The position numbers were made by a program, and so were the translations under genes. DNA of 64,000 nucleotides from Mobula hypostoma (Eukaryota). Where the stretch lies: contig NC_086108.1 of NCBI RefSeq assembly GCF_963921235.1, forward strand, positions 96,722,001 to 96,786,000. The letters are read 5' to 3'. Positions 50,725 through 64,000 of this stretch are shown here, in pieces (within the stretch, counting starts at the first letter, position 1; every line of letters begins with the position of its first letter). The notes beneath the pieces were generated by a model. It did not search any database. It saw only the letters and a program-made list of their open reading frames with translations, and had not been told where the DNA came from.

Positions 50725-51100
50725 GGTAGATAGATACTTTATTGATCCCGAAGGATATACAAATATTGGAAGAGGAGTAGAAAGAATAAAAAAATAAGTT
50801 ACCTCAAACAGTCTTAACAGGAGGGGGTTATCCCTTCCCGGGCAATAGGTTGACGCATTATTGCCAAGGGTAAAAATGACCTCGTATAGTGCTCTTTGGA
50901 GCAGCGCAGTTGTCTTAGTCTACTAAAGGTGCTCCTCTGTTCAGCCAAGGTGGCATGCAGAGGGCGAGAAATATTATCCAGAGTTGTCTGATTTTCCATA
51001 GGGTCCTCTGTTCTACCACAGTGTCCAGTGTGTCCAGTTTAACTCCTATAACAGAGTCAGCCTTTCTAATCAGTTTATTGAGCCTGTTGGCATCACCAGT
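50725..51100 (-). mobile_element. Rex1-like LINE 3' fragment
   Basis: DANRLNKLIRKADSVIG; HYTRSFLPLAI; tagatagatactttattgatccc tail. Confidence 0.8.
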
Positions 51101-51974
51101 GTTCTCTGTAGTTGATTGCTTTTCTTTATATCTGAGGAGACCAGTGGTCACCACTCATTTTTCAGTATCAAATGTATACCAGCATTTATTACACATCCAT
51201 AATTAACTTTGAAAAGGCAATGCATCATTATCTCAAACTGCTGTCCTATGACCATGAAGGGTACTGCTGGAGAGCTACGAGAGAACTAAAAGCTTTAAAC
51301 CCAATAATGACTCAGGAATGGCGCTACCCTCCCATTTTGCGATACTGTGTAGTATGGAGTTGAAATTTGAAGTCATGACATTCCATGGTGCTTGTTGCCC
51401 TTGTCTTAGATTGTGGGACATGCTATCAGAAAATCTTTTGTCAATTGCTGTACGTCAGTCATCTACATTGCTAAAGGGTTGCAATATAGGGAAAATAACT
51501 AATTTTTCAAGATACTATGTACTTTTACTCTCATGAATCAATATGTTTCCATTAGATACTCTACTTGGATACTATTGTAATAACTGATGAAAGAGTTGCT
51601 TCCTTTGTGGAAACCATTGAGTAGGATGGGTCTATTCTTAAGTTTATATGAAAAATGATCTCATTGAAAGATGAGGATCTGTGGGGGACTGACAGATGCT
51701 GAGTGTTTTCCCCTTGGCTTGAAAATATAGAACCAGGGTTTTTTTTTTGTCGTGATAAAAGGTCAGTCTTTCAGGGCTAAGGCACAAAATTTTTATGTTT
51801 GAATGTTATGAATCTTAATAGCATTCTGTATCCTGTGGAGGCTCCATTGTTGAGTATTTTTAACATCAGAGTTGTTAAAACACTTAAGCCAGTTTGTCAG
51901 CTGTCAGGTTTGTGCCAAATCTCTGCAGAACATTCAGTGGGCTCTCTTATCCCCTTCATCACAAGGTAAGCCTC

Positions 51975-53010
51975 TACTTCCTCAGTGGAGGCTGAACAAA
52001 TTTGCCATGTCGCCTTTGACCCTATCCAATTTCTATCGCTGTACTATAGAAAGGATTCTATCTGAATGTATTAATGCTTGGTATGGAAACTGTTTTGCTT
52101 GTAACTGCAAGAAACTATAGAGTTGTGGAGCTAATTTAGCACATCACAGAAATTAGCCTTTCCTCCATGGACTGTATTTTTCTCACTGCCTCAGCAAAGC
52201 AGCCAACATAACCAAAGACCCCACCTACCCTGGACATTCTCTTCTCTCTCTTTACTCCCCCCCCCAAGGAGATACGAAAGCTTGAAAGCACATGTTATCA
52301 GGCTCAAGGACAGTTCATAACCCATTAGTAGAGAACTCTTGAGCTCACAGTATAGCTTATTATCTACGTTGTAGCCTTGTACCTTATTGTCTATCTATGC
52401 TGAACTTTCTCTGTAACTGAAACACTCTATTCTGCACCCTGGTATTTCACCTTGTACTTCCTCAATGCACTGTTGTAATGAATTGAACTGTATGAGCGAT
52501 ATTCAAGACAAATTTTTGACTGTTCTACAAAAAGTAGTGGGTTTGGCCCAGTATTTCACCGGTAAAGCCCTCCCACACCATTGGGCACACCTGAATGAAA
52601 TGCTATCATAGGAAAGCTGCATCCATCATTGGAGATCCCCACTAACTAGGTTATGTTTGCTTCTTGCTGCTACCATCAGGTAGAAGGTACAAGAGTCTCA
52701 GGACTCGCACCACCAGGTTTAAGAATAGTTTCTACCCTTCAAACATCAGGCTCTTGAATGAAAGTGGATAACTCCACTCACTTGCCCCATCATTGAAATG
52801 TTCCTACAACAAATGATCTCACTTTTAAGGACGCTTTATCTCATAATCTTATATTCTCGTTATTTATTTATATTTGCATTTGCACAGTTTGTTGTCTTCT
52901 GCACTCCGGTTGATTTTTCGTTGATCCTATTATAGTTACTATTCTATGGATTTGCTGAGTATGCCTGCAAGAAAATGAATCACAGAGTTGTATATGGTGA
53001 CATGTATGTA
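51975..53010 (+). mobile_element. Two tandem Rex1-like LINE 3' fragments
   Basis: TLSNFYRCTIERILSECINAWYGN; tail matching 2950-3900. Confidence 0.8.
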
Positions 53011-53803
53011 CTTCAAGAAAATTTATCCACTCCCCTTTAGAAAATAATTGTTGAATATGCATATTAGGCATTAAATTCCAAATTTTAAGTACTTGTACTT
53101 GGAAGATTTTTTTTCTCCTCACAACTAATCAACTTAATGTTCTTTGCTTTTTGATTCTGCCATTAACAGAAACAACTACTCTTCATTCACCTTGACTGAA
53201 CTCCTGGTTGTACAAATTGTTGTTCAACTTTCTGAAGTTTCGTCCATATAATTGAGGTCTCTTGTCCTTGAGACGATTGCACTGAATCTTTTTTTTCTTT
53301 GGATATCCATATGGTTTTCAGATCTATCCTACAATACTGTGAACAGAACTGGATGTAATCCTCTGGTTGCTGCCAATCTTTTGTTTTAACAAAAGTTCAA
53401 CATTATTTCCTTGTTTTTTGACACAGTTGCAAAGCAACACCCAGAATCCTGTAGCCAATTTACAAAGCTTTCTCGAATTGTTTTAGTACCTTCAAAGGTT
53501 TGTCATCCAGGTATTTCTCTTCTTGCACCATTATTAGAACCTGCATCTTTTATAATGGCTTTCATCATTCTACCTTTAACATTTTATCAATTCATAACTG
53601 TTTTAAGCTTCAGTTGCCTAGTGTGGTCCAAGTTATAGCTGAAGGTTGATAGACTTTTGAAGATGTAAGATATTGAGGAATTGGGTTGGCCATGATCTTA
53701 TTGAATGTAACAACAAGCTCACAGGGCGGAGTGGACCCTTGCATTTCCTATGGAGTGTGCTCAATGTTGTCTTGCCTCTGAAGTTCCAACAGTTTTGTCG
53801 ATA

Positions 53804-54774
53804 CAGTGGATTCTGATTAGTTGGCACACATTGGGACCAGTACATTTTGGCCTAATTACGTGGCTGATACAGTTAGCCAAAGTTTCATGGAAATAGTTAA
53901 GGTATTTTAAAAAAAAAACTTGAGTACCTTTTATTATGTATTATTATTAATTAGTATTATGTATTATTATTAATTAGTATTATATATTAGTAAAACCGTG
54001 TGTTAGTTCCTATTAGTTATCAACGGAGGAATTCATTGAGCCAATAGGCTGGTCCTGGACTTACTTCATAATTTACTGGCATAATTTACATACTACTATT
54101 TAACTATTTATGGCTCTATTACTATTTATTATTTATGGTGCAACTGTAACAAAAACCAATTTCCCCCGGGATCAATAAAGTATGACTATGACTATTCAGT
54201 GTATGGTGGCACATCTTTTCATTGACTGTAAGTGAACAAAATCAACACAGACACCTAGTATAGATAATAGTCTACCTTCATTGACGGTTGCATCCTCCAA
54301 ATCTTCATTTTCATTGTAATATTTGAGATGATTGTCAATACCTTCAAATTTTTCATAGATCCTAATTTGAAATAATTAAATAGTTTCATTTTCACTCCTG
54401 GTCATTTCTGGCATCTCCAAACCTAAATGCTTGAAACCCAGTGAGCAAAATACTTCGAAATTGTCTTATTGTTATTTCTTGCCTCTACCAGTGACAAAAA
54501 TCACTGCTTTTTGATCTCAAACACACACAACTGATGCTATTTAAAAACTTTGTTCTAACCTGGGTGTAGGGTCTAACGGCCACACAAGTTCACATGACTG
54601 ACGAGAGTTAGAAACTGTTCAGCAATAGTCTCCTGTCGGGATTAAGTGGCATAGTGTCCTAAATACATCAAGGGAATCCTGGCTATTTTCTTGATTAGTT
54701 TTTGTTCTTTAATAGTTGTCACAAATAAGTGGCTACCCCGTTTAGCCGATGGCCCAATTAACTGGAATCCACTG
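53804..54774. mobile_element. Tigger/pogo-like element (copy 2) with a LINE tail inserted at about 54040-54195
   Basis: TA-flanked TIRs cagtggattctgattagttgg / cccaattaactggaatccactg; inserted tail matches the 22885-23030 family. Confidence 0.8.
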
Positions 54775-55759
54775 TATATTTGAATCAAGGCTAGAAGGAG
54801 ATCTCATCCTGTACAACTTTTGAAAGACTCTTGGATACATATATGAATGGAAAGGTTTAGAAGGTTATGGGCCAAACATTGGCAAATGGGATGGGACTAA
54901 CCTGGATGGGGCATTCTTGGTTGGTCTGGACCAGTTAAGTGAATGGCCTGTTTCTGAGCTGTATGTCTCTGTGATGGAATGCCTGAGGGAACCCAAACTG
55001 AGCACCAGAGAGGTTGGTTATTGGTGAGTATGCAGATGATGACACCGAATTTACAGAGGGTGGTGGATCAGAAATGAGCAAGATTGGATTTTGTGTGGTG
55101 GATCCTGTCTGGATAATTTTTTTCTGTTTGCTGAGTAGATTCTGTATGTGTAGCTCAACTAGAATATTTTTGCTAGAGGCACAACTATTTCTGGAATACA
55201 TCAACAGTATCAGGGAAAGAATGATGTAAGGGCTTAGTTTTTGTTTTATCCATTTGGTAGTCATTTTTAGATATTGTAGATTGAATTAAATTTATGAGGA
55301 CCTCCTGGGGAAGATTGAGGTGTCTTAGCAACAAACTTTTGACCAAGGATGCTCACAAGCTATGCCCTGTCAGTTTATTAATTTAAATGCTTGGCCAGTA
55401 TTTAAAATAGAGTTGGGGTGTCTCATCTTTGTAATTGCTTAATTGGCCCATCACCATACACAAATGGATATGGGAGGATTATAAATTGAGATTGTCCAAT
55501 ATTCTTCCAGAGCTTTGTTACTTTTTCTGGATGACACCTCTGTTAGGATGTCCTGTTTCTGGGATGCTGTTCTGCTCTGATTGAGCCATGGATAGTAATC
55601 AAGTGAGGGATATACTGGGCTGTGTTTTTTTGCAGATTGTGATAGAGTTCAACCCTGTGGCTTCTGATGATGCTTTGGGCCTCGTGGATGTCCAGCTCAG
55701 AATTTATCCCATGTAGCATGACAGTGGATATCTTCTTTATTGAATGTAGAATAAAAGTT

Positions 55760-56250
55760 TACAAGTCGTATTGCAGCTTTATAAAACCGTAGACTATATT
55801 GGGTGTACTGTGTGTAGTTCTGACTGTAGGATGACTGCTTGGATTGGAGTGTATGAGTTATAAGGAGAGGTTGGACAACTGTGGAATATTTTTTATGGAG
55901 CTCTGGAGGCTAAGGGTTGACTTGATAGAAATATATAAAATCATGAGAGATGCAGATAGTCTTTTCCCCAGGGTGGCATTGTCAGTTACTAGAGGTAACT
56001 ACTTTAAGGGGAGAAAGGGAAATACGAAAATTGATCCACAAAGTAAGTTCTTTTTTTACTCAGAAGACACTGTTGGGGAGGGTGGGGTCTGGAAGAAGCA
56101 GATACTATAGTAATGCTTAAGAGTCAGTTAGACAAATGCATGAACAGACTAGGAATAGAAGGATGTGGACCATATACAGGAAGATGGGATTAGTTAAATG
56201 GGTATCTTGGTTGGTGCAGACATGGCAGGCCGAGGAGTCTGTTCTTTCCC
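55760..56250 (+). mobile_element. CR1 LINE 3' fragment
   Basis: MSYKERLD...RLRVDLIEIYKIMR...TRGN. Confidence 0.8.
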
Positions 56251-56744
56251 ATTTCTTTATTCCAAGGTGTGCAAATCTAGTCTCACTTGCTAACAGCATT
56301 GAGGATCCCATCTAGTCCTGAATGCTTCAGTCACAGTGAAATGATTATCACAGAATCAACATAAATTTGGAAAATAATAGCTTTCCATTAGATTCCATTG
56401 GAGATGAGCTTCTTGAATATTCCACACAGTCATTGACTTATGGAAATAACTATGTAGTGTAAACATTTCTCTTAGTATCACTCAATGTTTATAATTTAAA
56501 GATACATCTATAATTTTATAATGTTTTACAGAAGACAGTCAGCAGTTTATGGCACTGTTGTAAGCGTTCAGAGATTCGAGCTACAGAGTGATTCATTATG
56601 AGGAAGTCATCACTCAAGTGAATTTGTTTTTTTTGCCTTAACCTTTTGTACTGCCCTCTCTAATTCTGAGAGTTACAACTCATAGTTTAAATACATTATG
56701 CCCACTTGATAAATACCAAACAAAAGTGTTGGGTTATTATTACA

Positions 56745-56890
56745 TTGTTTTCAGTGAGATTTTGCTGTGCTCATCAGTTGGTGCTGTATTTCCTATATTA
56801 TAGCAGTGACTATACTTCAAAAATACTTATTTCTAATATTCTTGGGAATACCTGAGGCCTTGTTTGGCATAACGTATATCATTTTATATT
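56745..56890 (+). mobile_element. DeuSINE-like 3' remnant
   Basis: tttcctatattatagcagtgactatacttcaaaaatactt; reverse-complement homologue of 41150-41200. Confidence 0.55.
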
Positions 56891-59164
56891 TGAATAAGAA
56901 TTACCCTTGCCCACAATAGCAGCTTGATTTGGATATGGAAGAATGTCTCCTTAAATCCTCTGTAAATCCTTCATATCATGTGCCCTCCCTTAGTATCAAT
57001 CTGCTGGGGTGATTGTGTGGGGATGGGGAGGGAGGCGGGTGTTAGTAGCCACTGCTTCATGCTGGTAATCCTGTACTCTGCTTTTGACCTGATTGGGAAG
57101 TAATCTCAGAATGATTCATCAAAGGATCGGATTGCTTTGCAGATCCCCCTAACCGTTTCCCTTCATCTGTACAGCTTGTTGAACTATTGTCTTTGTTGTT
57201 TTGTGGGCAAAATGCAAACAAAATTAAGGAAACAAGAAATGAGATAATTAAAAACCTATTAAAATCGATTTTGCCTGGGTTTCATCTGATATTTCCAGCA
57301 TATTGACTAAATACATGATAAATTTGGGGGGAAAAGGAATACTACCAGCCTCTTCTAAAGGAAAGTATTGTAAGACACACACCAAAAAGATTCAAGATCT
57401 ATCATGAAATTCATAGGCAGTATGATATCAAGTTTGAAAATACAAGCCTTTATAGAAGGGCTTAAAGTGAATTGGTAGTATCCATTACGGCCTCAAAGTA
57501 AAACTACCTCAAATCTCTAGAACCAATATGACATGGATTGCTTCTTTCATTGCTGTCAGGATTGGCTTTATGGAATCTCTCATTCAGTACAGGAATGTTA
57601 CAAAGCAGGTTTCACAGCTAATCATATTGAAGAAATCTCCAAAACAGTAAATCAAAAAGCAGTTCAGTAATTTTTAAGCTAGCTTTGAAATCTTTCTTCT
57701 TCCCTGTCAACGGCATGATCAGTTTTATTTATCTTCTGTGAACTTCTTCATCATTCCCCCACACATTTAAGTTTCAATCACTAATGTATGGCCAAGGAAT
57801 CATGTATTGAACCTTGGAAACCCACTAGTAATAGTGATCTAGACTCAGAAACATTCACCACACAGAGCCTCTATTTCCTGCCAGCCTTGGATCCTAATTC
57901 CCACTTTCCCGGAATTTGCAGGTTCTATTTTTTGACCGATTGATCACATGAGACCATGTGAAAAACTTTGCTAAAATCCATGTTGATTGTATCATTTGCA
58001 TTGGCTGTATTAACCTTTCTTTTCAATTGAGTTAAGTGATATAACCTGAACAAAGCCTTTCTGGCTATCCATGATTAATCAGTGTCTTTTCAACTAATGG
58101 TTTATATTATCCTTGGAATTGTTTTCACTAATTTTCCCATCACTGAAGCTAAGTAGTTTGCCTGTAATTACTTAGTTTACCTCTTCCTCCCTTTTTAAAC
58201 ATTCCCCCTCCAGCATTCCTGAAGCCAGATAGAATAAATAACAGTCAGATCATTTTGCATTTCCTCCCTTGCTCTTTTTAAACAGCCTAGAATACTTCAT
58301 TCATGACTGGTGGTTTATCTAATTTTAAAGATGCTAAATTGCTTGATATTTCCTATCTTATCTCATCCAGTATTTCACTTCCTCCATAATTGTAACGTTG
58401 GCATTGTAAAGACAGCTGCAACCTATCTGTTGAGAACCCAACCCCATATCTCCTGTTTCCTTAAAAAGGTTGACTTTTAAACTTACTAATAAGTTCTGCT
58501 TTTCCTTGCTTTTAGGTTTTGTAATTCCAAGCTCCTCGGATTTTCTTAGATTTTTACCTGTCAGTATTTTTATGCCTTCATTTTTTCAAATTTCTCTTTA
58601 ATTTCACCCTCAATACTGAGGGAAGCCTGGATGAATGCAGAGAGTATTAAGCTTCTGGTGTCCGATAAAAGCTTCCCGTTTTTGTCGTTTGCTACCTTTT
58701 GTGCTGTTGGATATCCAGGCAAACGTACATTGGCAGCCTTGTCTTTTTTTTTAATATAGGAATCTCCTTCACTTGGCTTGAGCCAACTCAATTTCATTCT
58801 ACTTATCCTAAATTACTTATTAACTTTGCAATATTGGCATTTGTTTTGCTGTTTGAAGTGAAGCAAGTTCTGGACTTGAAGAATGAGGCAAGTTTTTGCT
58901 ATTTATCTGAATTATATTGGGGTTTTCACCAGGTCAGAAGGGGACTTGGGACTGGGAGATTAAATTCTGTTTAGTAAGGATTCTCAGCCTGCATAATGGG
59001 GAATTATGTCTTCTCATTGTCAAGCCATTGCTATCTAGCTCCAGGCCAGAGAGGGTTATAGTGAAATTTGCCTTTTATATGTAGATCAGGAATGTTCAGG
59101 GAGGGGGAAACATGGATTGGTGTCTGCTTTGTGGGGCAGATTCAGTGAGTTCTTAACAAAAAGT

Positions 59165-60395
59165 ACAATTTCAAAGTAAATTTATTATTTAATTACATAT
59201 ATGTCACTATATACAATCCTGAGATTCAGTTTCTTGCAGGCAATCACAGTAAATACAAGGAACACAATAGAATCAATGAAAGACCATACCCAACAGAACA
59301 GATGTCAACCAATGTGCAAAACAATGCAAATAGGAAAAGAGGAAAATGTAATAATTATATTTAGCACTTATTAATATTGTTATTATTAAGAGCTTAAGAT
59401 GAAGAGTCCTTGAAAGTGAGTCCAATTCAGTGGGAACAGTTCAGTGATTGGGTGAGTGAAGTTATCCCCTCTGGTTCAGGAGCCTGATGGTAATAACTGT
59501 TCTTGAACCTGGTGGTGCAGATCCTCAGATTCTTGTACCACGTTCCTGATGGCAGCAGTGAGAAGAAAGCATGGTCTGGATGGTGAGGTCCCTTGATCAT
59601 GGATGTTGCTTAGGTGATAGTGCTCTGTGTAGATGTGCTCAGTGGTGGGGAGGGCTTTTCCCGAGATGGAATGGGCCATATCGACTACTTTTCAAGGGCA
59701 TACCAGGTTGTGATGCAGCCAATCAATGTACTGCCTGCATCACACATCTATGGAAGTTCGTCAAAGTTTTAGATGTCATGCTGAATATTCGCCATCTTTT
59801 AAGGAAGTAGTGGTGCCACTGTGCTTTCTTCGTAATTGGACTTGCGTGCTGAACCTAGGATGGGTCCTCTGAAATGATAACACCAAGGAATTAAGTTGCT
59901 GAGCCTCTCCACTTCTGATTCCCCCAATGATGACTGGCTCACGGACCTCCAGTTTCCTCCTGAAGTCAATAATCAGCTCCTTGGTCTTGCTGACATTGAG
60001 TAAGAGGTTGTTGTGCCACCACTCAGCCAGACTTACATTCTCTGACCTGTATGCTCTTTCATCTTCACCTTTGATTCAGACATTCATGACTGTGGTGTTG
60101 TCAGCAAACTTAAGTATGGCATTGGAGCTGTGCTTGGCCTCACAGTCATAAGTGTAAAGCAAGTAGAACAGGGGGTTAAAGCACACAGCCTTGTGGTGCA
60201 CCTGTGTTGATGGAGATTGGAGGAGATGTTGTTACCATTCCAAACTGACTGGGGTCTGCAAGTGAGGAAATCGAGGATTCAGTTCCACAAGGAGGTGTTT
60301 GAGGCCTAGGTCTTGCAGCTTATTAACTAGTTTTGAGTGGATTATAGTATTGAATGCTGAGCTATGGTTAATGAAGAACATCCTGATGTATCCAT
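59165..60395 (-). mobile_element. Rex1/Babar-like LINE 3' fragment
   Basis: FFINHSSAFNTII; KFADNT; ttcaaagtaaatttatt tail. Confidence 0.8.
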
Positions 60396-60402
60396 CTTCG
60401 CT

Positions 60403-61655
60403 AACAAGAGAAAATCTGCAGATGCTGGAAATCCAAGCAACACGCACAAAATGCTGGAGGAACTCAGCAGGTCAGGCAGTATCTATGGCAAAGAGTATAG
60501 TCAACATTTTGGGCCGAGGCCCTTCTTTAGGACTGGAAAAATGATGAGGAGTCTGAACAAGAAAATGAAGATCGTGGGGGAGAAAGAACCATAAGGTGAT
60601 AGGTGAAGCCGGGAGGGGTGAAGTTAAGAGTTGGGAATTTAATTGATGAGATATAGGGCTGTAGAAGAGGGAATCTGAAAGGAGAGGACAGAAGGCGATG
60701 GAAGAAAGAAAAGGAGGAGGAGCACCAAAGGGAGGGAGGTGATAGGCTGGTAGGGAGATTAGGTGAGAGATACACGGGAATGGTGAAGTTTGAGAAATTG
60801 ATGTTCATGTCATCAGGTTGGAGGCTACCCAGATGAAATATGAGATGTTGCTCCTCCAACCTAAGTATGGCCTCATTGTGACAGTAGAGGCCATGGACTG
60901 ACCTGTTGGAATAAAAAGTGGAATTAAAATGGATGGCCACTGGAAGATCCTGCTTTTTTTTTGGTGGACAGAGTGTAGGTGGTCAGCGAAGCGGTCTCCC
61001 AATCTGCGTTGTGCCTCATCGATATACAGGAGGCCATACTAGGAGCACCGGATCTGGTAGATGACTCCCTATAGACTTACACCTACACCACCTCCTCCCT
61101 CACTACATTCAGAGCCCCAAACAGTCCTTCCAGGTGAGGCGACACTTCACCTGTGAGCCTTTTGGGGTCATACACTATCCGGTGCTCCTGGTGAGGCCTC
61201 CTGTATGTCGGTGAGACCTGATGCAGATTCAGAGACCGCTTTGCCAAACACCTACACTCTGTCTGCCAGAAAAAGCGGGAAATCCCAGTGGCCACCCATT
61301 TTAATTCCACTTCCCACTCCCATTCCGATGTGTCAGTCAATGGCCTCTACTGTCACGATGAGGCCACACTCAAGTTGGAGGAACAACATCTTGTATTCTG
61401 TCTGGGTAGCTTCCAACCTGATGACATGAACATAGATTTCTTGATAATTCCTCCCCCCCGTTCACCATTCCCTTCCTATTTCCCTCTCATCTTGTCTCCT
61501 TACCAGCCTATCACCTCCCTCCCTCTGGTGCTCCTCCCCCTTTCTTTCTTCTATGGCTATCTGTCTTCTACTTTCAGATTCCCCCTCCTCCAGCCCTGTA
61601 TTTCTTTCACCAATCAACTTCCGTACTTCAGCCCTCCGCCTTCCAGTTTCATCTG
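60403..61655. mobile_element. Older head-to-head Penelope pair (minus about 60403-61080; plus about 61082-61655)
   Basis: Both arms encode HFNST...GLYCH.EA.L.LEEQHL.F.LGS.QPDDMNI; decayed hammerhead at about 60498-60535 (minus). Confidence 0.9.
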
Positions 61656-63483
61656 CCTACAATGAACAGTTAGAATGGGACATCACAGATATTTTAAACA
61701 TCTGGGATATAAGAAATAGCTGATTAAATTTATATCCTGAAATGCGTAGAAAGAATGGAATCATACATTAATATTCAATATATTGATTTTGTTAGGATGC
61801 CAGCGTTCTAAAACTTAGAACGGGATCTCTGATCACAGTTTGATAAGAATTTTGGCCTGCATTACAGCTGGAAGGACAAGCAATTTCAAAGTCCACTTTG
61901 TCAGTGTTATGCAACTTTTTCTCATTGGGCTGGTAATTTAGGACCTGTAAGAAAAAAGGCAAAGCATTTTATGTCTATGAATAGAAGTCCTTGAAGGTTA
62001 AGATCAGTGATCCAAGATATAGGGAAATAAATGATAGACCCATACAAGCATTGCAATATCACAAATCCCGACAACTGTACAATCAAGTTGATAGAAGAGA
62101 AATGCATTATTACATTTTCAATAGCATTAAAACAGCAATGTTTGCCACTGTACTTAGAAGACACAGAGGTGGAAATCTTTGAGATATTCATTTATAAAAT
62201 TCCAGAATAGCTCAGTTGTGTTTTCCTGTGTGATGCCAGTATCATCATGGCATTCTCCATTATCTCATCTTGTTCTCGCAGTTTCTGGGATTTATTATTG
62301 CAAGTGTGACCTTGCAGCCACTTTTTAATGGGGTGGGGCAAAAGATACAAGCCGCATTCTTTCAGCTAATGAAAGGATGTTGAGTTGATGGGAGGGCTTA
62401 AAGTGTTGGGATCAAAGCACCCTGGACAGGCTCCTGAAGAACAGTGCCTGCAGGAGGCATGTTCTTTGTGTACAGGCTCGTGCAGATCCTTCATCTCTAC
62501 AAACTGGCCAGTTATCGCGTGCATTAAAGCGTGGGCATTCATATGCTGTACTATAAATGGGAAAATGCAATGCCTGCTCTGGCTGCACCAGTAACTTCCA
62601 GAAGTAAGAGAAAAGCAGAAAATGCTGGAAATACTCAGGTTTGGGAAAAGTCAATGCTTCAGGTCAACCTCAGAACCTCTTCCCGCTGATATGGCCTGAA
62701 CTGCTGAGTATTTTCAGCATTTTCTGTTTTTTTATATTTCTAGTATTTGCAATTATTTTTAAATGTTCACTTGATGAAGGAGTAACAGATGATATTCCCA
62801 AATTCAGCAATGAGCAGCTGGCTGTGCAAAATGGCAGGTGGCCCAGAATAATTTTGAAGCTCAGAAACTCAAAGTAACTGTGTCCCTGAACTCCATTGGC
62901 AGGGCACCTGTGAGGATTTATTTGATGCTGCAGGTCACTGATCTTAGGAAAAAGAATGTAGTTTGAGTATTGGACCTTGGAATATTGAGTTATTTGTTGG
63001 TGAAAAATGGTTCATAAAAGTTAGGTGAATTCAAGTGAGTACAGTTGTTTTCTTAGACCATTAACTTTGAAGATCTAACTTGAGAAAGTTTTAAATGGAG
63101 TACCTCTATTGTAAAAATTCAAGTAGTTCTAGGCTAGGAGAAAGGCACTAAAACAAATTAAAATTTCACTAAAAAGTTGGTCAATTTTTTCAAATGCTGG
63201 ATCCACAGAAATGTACGCAAAAACTTGTGTCTCTCTTTTTTAGCTAATTTTCAAGTGCCCAATGGTTTCTGTAAAGTTGTGTAGAGAATTTTGAGCCAAT
63301 AACTCTGCTGTAGACTGCAAAAGAATGTTGGGAAGAGTGAAATAATAAAATAAAACAAAATAGAAAATAAAACCACAAAAATCAATAATTTGACAAATCC
63401 ATGAAAAATAAATGTGAATGTAAATTATGCAATGGATATCATTGAGTTGGGCATAATTTTTCTTTAATTTTGATAATCTAATC

Positions 63484-64000
63484 CAGTGGTCCCCAACCAC
63501 CGGGCCACAAAGCCTGTGCTACCGGGCCGCGAGGAAACGATATGATTTGGCGATATGAGTCAGCTGCACCTTTCCTCATTCCCTGTCACGTCCACTGTTG
63601 AATTTGAACGCACGCGAGGTCATTACCCGCGCGTCAACCATGTTAGCGCGGGAAGGAGATCAACTCCTCGACCTTGCAAATGACGGCGGGCTGAAAAGTA
63701 TGTTTCACATAACATCTTTGCCGGCATTTTGGATCAAAGGCAATGCTGAATATCCTGAGATAGCCACGAAAGCACTAAAAATGTTGCTTCCATTTCCAAC
63801 ATATCTCTGCAATGAATGTGATGAAAACTAAATTGCGGAATAGACTGGACATAAGGAACCCCCTTCGAGTGTTGCTGTCACCCATCACACCTCGATGGGA
63901 CTGTCTTGTTGCAGGGAATCAAGCCCAGGGCTCCCACTGATTCAGCGATTTTGGTGTGTTGCAATGATTTTATATGTTCATACGGGGAAAATATGTGCTG
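63484..64000 (+). mobile_element. hAT Charlie/Buster-type non-autonomous DNA transposon (runs off the window)
   Basis: TIR CAGTGGTCCCCAACC; C-terminal dimerisation remnant FWIKGNAEYPEIATKALKMLLPFPT.YLC...MKTKLRNRLDI...QAQGSH*. Confidence 0.85.

Noticed and set aside
53930..53990. Short tandem AT-rich duplication
   Set aside because: Ordinary slippage inside a transposon
1..64000. CRISPR arrays, tRNA or rRNA genes, prokaryotic operons
   Set aside because: None seen; tRNA-like bits are decayed SINE heads and the DNA is eukaryotic

Overview
Vertebrate nuclear DNA, most likely from a cartilaginous fish (ray-like; inferred from HE1/V-SINE-like and DeuSINE-like repeats with CR1, Rex1/Babar, RTE and Penelope families). 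Most of the window is decayed or nested transposons. I recognise no intact host protein-coding exon. The one host landmark is a CpG-island promoter at about 47.6-48.6 kb, with two back-to-back YY1/ATG motifs and splice donors on both strands, so it is probably bidirectional. The most striking structure is a young 2.16-kb Penelope-like insertion (42350-44510). It is a near-perfect ~1.05-kb-arm palindrome flanked by a 14-bp target-site duplication (TSD), and each outer end carries an intact minimal hammerhead ribozyme motif. Older head-to-head Penelope pairs and about nine decayed hammerhead remnants suggest this is a recurring insertion mode. Also notable: a double perfect hairpin at 4858-5023, a four-level nest inside a TSD-bounded Gypsy provirus, and a twin-priming-type inversion in a Rex1-like LINE. 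Family names come from motif recognition by eye, not database searches. Boundaries without a TSD or terminal inverted repeat (TIR) are approximate.
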